Assembly (NCBI GenBank): GCA_035063585.1
Contig: JAPSGB010000013.1
Span: 40,334-104,333 of the forward strand
Length of the DNA stretch: 64,000 nucleotides
Source of the DNA: Polyangiaceae bacterium
Lineage (GTDB): Bacteria > Myxococcota_A > Polyangia > Polyangiales > Polyangiaceae
Direction of reading: 5' to 3'
Both the position numbers and the translations under genes were made by a program. A model generated the notes under the pieces. It saw only the letters and a program-made list of their open reading frames with translations, did not search any database and was not told where the DNA came from. The stretch's first letter is position 1. Each line of letters begins with the position of its first letter. This document shows positions 59,423 through 64,000 of the stretch, piece by piece.

Positions 59423-59543
59423 CCGCTCTTCACGTCGCGCCGCTCTTCACGTCGCGCCGCTCTTCACGTCGCGCCGCTCTTCACGTCGCGCCGCTCTTCA
59501 CGTCGCGCCGCTCTTCACGTCGCGCCGCTCTTCACGTCGCGCC
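59421..59543. repeat. perfect tandem repeat, 7 x 17 bp
   Basis: (cgccgctcttcacgtcg)7 plus partial cgcc; the last copy contains the stop codon of the DUF1801 gene. Confidence 0.95.
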
Positions 59544-59990
59544 TCGACGCTTCGACTTGGCCGAGCCGCTCTTGGCCGACTTCGCATCGGCCGGGGTTCG
59601 CTCGGACCACGCCGTGTTACCAGACTCGAAATCCCGGATGCGCGCGCGGAGCAACTTCGTGATGAGCGTCTTCGGCACGCGCTGGTCCCAGGTGAGCTTC
59701 AGAGCGCCCGCGATTGCCTCGTAGCCCGCAGCCTCGACCTCGGCTTGCTGAGCCGCAAAGAAGCGCACGGGGAAGCGGAGCGAGCAGTGACCCTTGAAGC
59801 ACTGGAGCGTCCACAGCATGCCACCGCCGGGCGACGTGTACGCCGGCCAGTTCCACTTGAGCGTCTCGATCAGCCCGGCCGGATTGCCCTCGCGGAGACT
59901 CAGCGCGCGCAGTGCCTCGAGGTGCGGACGCTCGACCTCGCCGAGCTTGGCGAAGAAGGCGTCGACGGTGGCGACCTTGGGTGCAGGCAT
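59532..59990 (-). CDS. DUF1801 (YdhG-like) protein
   Basis: TVDAFF, LRAL, ETLKWNWPAY, FKGHCSLRF, VPKTLITKLL. Confidence 0.82.
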   Translation of the reverse strand: MPAPKVATVDAFFAKLGEVERPHLEALRALSLREGNPAGLIETLKWNWPAYTSPGGGMLWTLQCFKGHCSLRFPVRFFAAQQAEVEAAGYEAIAGALKLTWDQRVPKTLITKLLRARIRDFESGNTAWSERTPADAKSAKSGSAKSKRRGAT

Positions 59991-60214
59991 GTCGCGATCT
60001 TCGCATACGCGCGGCGGGTGCCGCTACCCCTTCGCCGCGAGCCCCGCGCGAAGCATCTCGGCAACCGGCGACCGTGGACGACAGCACGTCGTCGTCATCG
60101 AACGACGGCTGCGGCACCGCCCACTGACGCCGTCCGCGAATGCGGAGGAAGCGGGCGGTCGACCGCTCGGGCGCGGCGGTCTCCACCGCCGCCGCACCCG
60201 AGGTCGAGCCCCGC

Positions 60215-61336
60215 CTACTCGACGAGGAAGCTCAGCACGATCTTCACGTCACCGTCGGCATTCTTGAGGTACGCCATCTCGCTCTTTCCATCGACCTTCG
60301 GCACGTGGCTCTTGAATCGCAGACGATATTGGCTGTTGGCGCGACCGCTCGCGTAGTCGTCCGCGACGGCGACCTTGACGTCTTTCTCGATCCACTGGCC
60401 CACCGTCGGCGCAGGGTCCGCCGCGACGAACTCGCCGAGGTCATGGAGCGTCGGCTCGTCGTACGCTTCGCCGCTCTCGATGGATTTGAATTCGGACACG
60501 TGCTCGATGTACATGCTGCCAAAGTCTACGAACGGGTTGCCCCCCTCGTCGGACGTCGCCGCGAGCTTCGCGGTGAGGAGCGCCTCGAGGAGCTCGGCAC
60601 CCGAAGGCATCGCCGGCAAGACGAACGAGACGTACCCGCGCCGTTCCACGTCTGAGGGGCAATCTCCTGCGCCGATGAACGAACCGCGCGTCGGAACCCC
60701 CTCGCAGCTATTTCCAAACAGCGTGGCGTGACGAGGAGCTTCCTGGAAGAGGAGCCGGTAGAGCGATACGCTGGCGCTCATTCCTTTGACGAGCGCGTTG
60801 CCGGCGAGGTCGGTCGCGCCGGTGTCGAGCGCGAACTTCAGCGGAACCGCCGGGACGGCCGCCAAGTCCCGCCCGGAGGAGTAGTTCGCCATGGGGTCGA
60901 TCGTCAGCACGGTGCCTTCGGCGTTCCACGAATAGGTCGGAGGGCCGTGCGTCTTCGAGGAGGGGTCGATCGAGAACGCCGCCTCCGTCTTCGCCTGGTC
61001 CATCGGCTCGCTGAACGTGATGACGATCTCGACGTCGTCCTTCAGCTTGGTCGCGCCATCGGCCGGCGTCGCCGATAGAATGGTCGGGGGGATCACATCC
61101 CCCGTCGCAGAGTCACCCGCGGCGGAGTCACCCGCGCCGGCGTCCTTATCGGGATTGCCCGGGTTCGAATCGCTCGCGTCCTCGTCCGCCGTGGCGGAGT
61201 CGCCCGCGCCGGAGTCGGCCGTGCCGCGGCTCGCATCGGCACCGTCCGCGGCAAAATCGCTCGATCCGCAGGCGGACGCTCCGACGGCCAGCAGGATGAA
61301 GCCAAGGGCAAAGGGAAACGAATGGCGTGAGTTCAT
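60215..61336 (-). CDS. lipoprotein with bacterial Ig-like (SbsA/Big_5-type) domain
   Basis: Lipobox ASAC; PPTILSATPADGA...ITFSEPMD...TDLAGNAL. Confidence 0.8.
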   Translation of the reverse strand: MNSRHSFPFALGFILLAVGASACGSSDFAADGADASRGTADSGAGDSATADEDASDSNPGNPDKDAGAGDSAAGDSATGDVIPPTILSATPADGATKLKDDVEIVITFSEPMDQAKTEAAFSIDPSSKTHGPPTYSWNAEGTVLTIDPMANYSSGRDLAAVPAVPLKFALDTGATDLAGNALVKGMSASVSLYRLLFQEAPRHATLFGNSCEGVPTRGSFIGAGDCPSDVERRGYVSFVLPAMPSGAELLEALLTAKLAATSDEGGNPFVDFGSMYIEHVSEFKSIESGEAYDEPTLHDLGEFVAADPAPTVGQWIEKDVKVAVADDYASGRANSQYRLRFKSHVPKVDGKSEMAYLKNADGDVKIVLSFLVE

Positions 61337-61422
61337 TGGGCTTTTCCGAGAAGCTTGAAGGTGGTCCCCCGCTCGTTTGCTCTGCAGGACGAGGAGTAGT
61401 GCGGCGTCGACGACACGACGAT

Positions 61423-61438
61423 TCGCCTAATCAGGTGA
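61423..61438. promoter_or_regulatory. imperfect palindrome, candidate LuxR-family operator
   Basis: tcgcctaatcaggtga (12/16 self-complementary) between the LuxR gene and the Ig-lipoprotein start. Confidence 0.35.
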
Positions 61439-61491
61439 GGGGGCCGCGCGCGCGCTGGCTCGGCGGCACGGCGCGCACACCGCACCGGAGG

Positions 61492-62244
61492 CTAGCTCGA
61501 GCCGCCGATGAAGCGAGCGAGCAGCTCGGAGCGACTCGTGACGTCGAAGCGCCGATAGAGGGCCTTGACGTACGTGTGGACCGTGTGCCGACTGATGGCG
61601 AGCGCCTCCGCCACCTGCTTCTCGGACTCGCCTCGACACAACCGCTCGAGGGTCTGCGCCTCACGCCGCGATAGCCCGAGCTCGACAGCGATGAACATGG
61701 GACGGCTCCGCGCGCGAACGAGACGCGGCACCTCCGTCGTCAACAGACCCATCAGCGCCCGGTCCTCCGTCGTGAAGGTGCGAGCTCCGGGGGGGCGGAA
61801 GACCCCCAAACACTCGGTCCTTCGGGCGTCGAGCGCGACGCGCGCGTAGAGCCCGTCGTCGAGGCCCATCGCCCGAAACTCCTCGGAAGCCCAGCGGGTC
61901 CGGTACCACGCGCGATCGGAGAGGACGTCGCGACGCCGGTAGGCCCCGCTGCGGAGGCCTGCGCCGATGGTGACGACCGGGTCTTCGGAAGTGCCCGCCG
62001 CCACAGACGCGAGGAAGCGCTCGCCGTGGATCCCCTCGAACCCGCTCGACACCACCCCCTCGACGCGGAACTGCCCGTGGACGGTGTAGTCGCTCGCGCA
62101 GACGGTGAGCGCCGCGCGAGCCCCGAAGAGGTGTTGGATGCCGTCGATGAGCAGCCGTCGCCGCTGGTCCATCGACACTTCGCCACACGTGCCGAGCAGC
62201 CCCAAGAGCTCGCGAACGCGGGGAGCGCGGAGCAGCGTGCTCAT
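61492..62244 (-). CDS. LuxR-family transcriptional regulator (GAF-like N-terminus, no receiver)
   Basis: LSRREAQTL...GESEKQVAEALAISRHTVHTYVKALYRRFDVTSRSEL. Confidence 0.88.
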   Translation of the reverse strand: MSTLLRAPRVRELLGLLGTCGEVSMDQRRRLLIDGIQHLFGARAALTVCASDYTVHGQFRVEGVVSSGFEGIHGERFLASVAAGTSEDPVVTIGAGLRSGAYRRRDVLSDRAWYRTRWASEEFRAMGLDDGLYARVALDARRTECLGVFRPPGARTFTTEDRALMGLLTTEVPRLVRARSRPMFIAVELGLSRREAQTLERLCRGESEKQVAEALAISRHTVHTYVKALYRRFDVTSRSELLARFIGGSS

Positions 62245-62722
62245 CGACCTTCTCGCGCGACGCGCGCGTGTGACGAGGCCCCGAGCACCGGACGCCGGAC
62301 GTCGAGCGCAGCGGGCGCGGAGCTCGGGGCGTGCTCGACCGACATGTCGCAGTGACATATCACGACGGGGCCGCGTCCAGGAACCATGCCGAGGCCTCTG
62401 CCCTGCGTGCATGGGCCGACGCAGGTGCGCCGCCTCCGCGCTCGTCGTCGACACCGTGAGCGCCTCTCACGCCGAGCGCGGCGTCGGCGCGGGGCGTCGA
62501 GCGGTCGGACGGGGCGGCCACTCGCGCGGGAAAGGGGCTCGACGTCTGCACGGCCGCACGCGATCGGCATCCGCAGCGCTGGTCGCGCTCCACCCGCAAC
62601 GGGTCCCCATCGGCCCCTGGTACCTCGACGCCATCAGGCACGGGGCGCGATCGCCGCCCCTGGCGACGCTGCGACCGTGAACGACTTTCGGACGACCATC
62701 TCGACTCGCACCGGCCGAAATC

Positions 62723-63199
62723 TCAGCCGCGGCGCGCCGCGTCGATCGTCGCGACATCGAGCTTCTTCATGGACATCATCACGTCGAACGCGCGCTTGGC
62801 CTCCTCGCCGCCGGCAGCCAGGGCATCGAGCAATACGCGCGGCGTGATCTGCCAAGATACTCCCCATCGGTCCTTGCACCAGCCGCACTGACCCTCCTGG
62901 CCGCCGTGCTCGATGATGGCGTTCCACAAGCGGTCGGTCTCGGCCTGATCGTCGGTCGCGATCTGAAATGAGAAGGCCTCACTCTGCTTGAAGTGCGGAC
63001 CGCCGTTCAGGCCCACGCAGGGAACGCCGCAGACTGTGAACTCCACGGTCAGCACGTCGCCCTGCTTGGTCGACGGGTTATCGCTCGGCGCGCGACAGAT
63101 CGCGCCCACCTGGCTGTCGGGGAAAGTCTCGGCGTAGAAGCGCGCCGCTCCCTCGGCATCCTGCTCGTACCAAATGCAGACCGTGTTCTTGGGCGGCAT
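62723..63199 (-). CDS. VOC family protein (PhnB / 3-dmu-9 3-methyltransferase-like)
   Basis: DAEGAARFYAETFPDS, LNGGPHF, CGWCKDRWGVSWQITP; GAGGAG RBS. Confidence 0.9.
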   Translation of the reverse strand: MPPKNTVCIWYEQDAEGAARFYAETFPDSQVGAICRAPSDNPSTKQGDVLTVEFTVCGVPCVGLNGGPHFKQSEAFSFQIATDDQAETDRLWNAIIEHGGQEGQCGWCKDRWGVSWQITPRVLLDALAAGGEEAKRAFDVMMSMKKLDVATIDAARRG

Positions 63200-63333
63200 C
63201 GTGCGCTCCTCGCAGCGGGAAAGGGAAGTCTCGACCAGGCTCTGCCTAAGCCCAGCTCGAGCTCGGACGCAAACCGGTCACGAAACGGCCGCCGCTCGCG
63301 GCGAACACCCAATCGTGACTGCGGCGTGGCCGG

Positions 63334-63576
63334 CTCACCGACCGTGCGTAGCGGACTTCGAAGAGCGGCCCACTGTCCGCTGACCACGGTCGTCACGAGC
63401 CCGGGCGCGGGGCCGATCGCATCAAGGACGAACTCATCCGGGCGCTTGGCCTCGACGTCGTAGGGGGGCCGCTTCTCGTCGGGGAAGTCGCTCGAGTCGA
63501 ACGTGGCGATGCTCTGCGCTCCCGCGCAGATGGCAGCCGCGAGCACGTGTCGGTCGTCCGGGTCCGGGAGGTCGAG
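63334..63576 (-). pseudogene. C-terminal fragment of a PIN-domain (VapC-like) toxin
   Basis: LDLPDPDDRHVLAAAI...IATF..DFP...PDEFVLD; no N-terminal PIN half or proper start; degenerate downstream. Confidence 0.7.
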
Positions 63577-63581
63577 AGACC

Positions 63582-63827
63582 GGCGTCCTCGATGTCGAGA
63601 GCCGCCTGAAGGATGATCCCACCGGAGCACGCGAAGCGCTCCGCCGACTCGTCCTCGACGGGGCCATCCACATGGACCCGCAGGAGGACGGATCGTACCG
63701 AGCGCGGTCGTTCCTGCTCCCCGAGAACCTGGCGCACAAGAGCCGGAAGCCCCGAGCGGGGCGACCGTCCGGGGCTTCAGGTGTCTCCCACGAGGTCGTA
63801 GGAAACGGTAGTTGCGCGGGGGCGATA
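63582..63827 (+). pseudogene. probable C-terminal remnant of a large serine recombinase gene
   Basis: Start-less frame GVLDVESRLKDDPTGAREALRRLVLDGAIHMDPQEDGSYRA...GNGSCAGAI with a 9-bp hairpin at 63746-63778; resembles recombinase tails that read into an att site (recognition from memory). Confidence 0.5.
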
Positions 63828-64000
63828 CGCGGGCCGTACCACGCCGGGATGTTCGTGGGCTTGTCGGCCCGCGGTATCCCCGTAACCGTTCGGGATAGCG
63901 AGCCCCTTGCGGGGTTCCCGCCCGGGCGATCCGGCGCGACGGTGGGCCCCCATGCCCACCCGACGAAGCAGCGAGCAGTGGACGGCGATCGTAGCGGGGT

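Noticed and set aside
59421..59543. CRISPR array
   Set aside because: Units are contiguous 17-mers with no unique spacers, and no cas genes are in the window
63800..63860. tRNA gene at the putative att site
   Set aside because: Only a faint resemblance to a reversed tRNA 3' end; no T-loop consensus or cloverleaf

Overview
Very GC-rich bacterial DNA whose gene content (many Ser/Thr kinases, Cys-rich and Gly/Ser-linker lipoproteins, fibro-slime and vWA lipoproteins) points to a myxobacterium, probably Polyangiaceae-like (inference). About 55 CDS are present. Most are housekeeping genes: ttcA, astB, glyA, prlC, ctaA, hemL, ppdK, glyS, hslO, thiC with a TPP riboswitch, a SMUG1-type UDG, lgt, dapA/dapB, rsmB and rseP. 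There is also an MNT-HEPN toxin-antitoxin pair and a RegB/RegA locus. No rRNA, tRNA or CRISPR array was found. The highlight is a stand-alone 97-aa ORF between hemL and ppdK that ends in 14 His-Xaa-Ser triplets (HCS + 13xHGS + W). It looks like an HxsA-type radical-SAM-modified precursor with its own leaderless promoter but no adjacent maturase. Other notable items: a putatively autoregulated YtkA/FixH-porin-cytochrome c-RegB-RegA cluster with a RegA box; phased GTCAG direct repeats upstream of a lipoprotein gene paired with an ATPase-TPR-wHTH regulator; a dispersed 16-bp REP/MITE-like inverted-repeat family; pervasive leaderless-type promoters; and a decayed accessory region (57-64 kb) ending in a PIN-toxin/serine-recombinase fragment junction. 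All family assignments come from motif recognition only; no searches were run.
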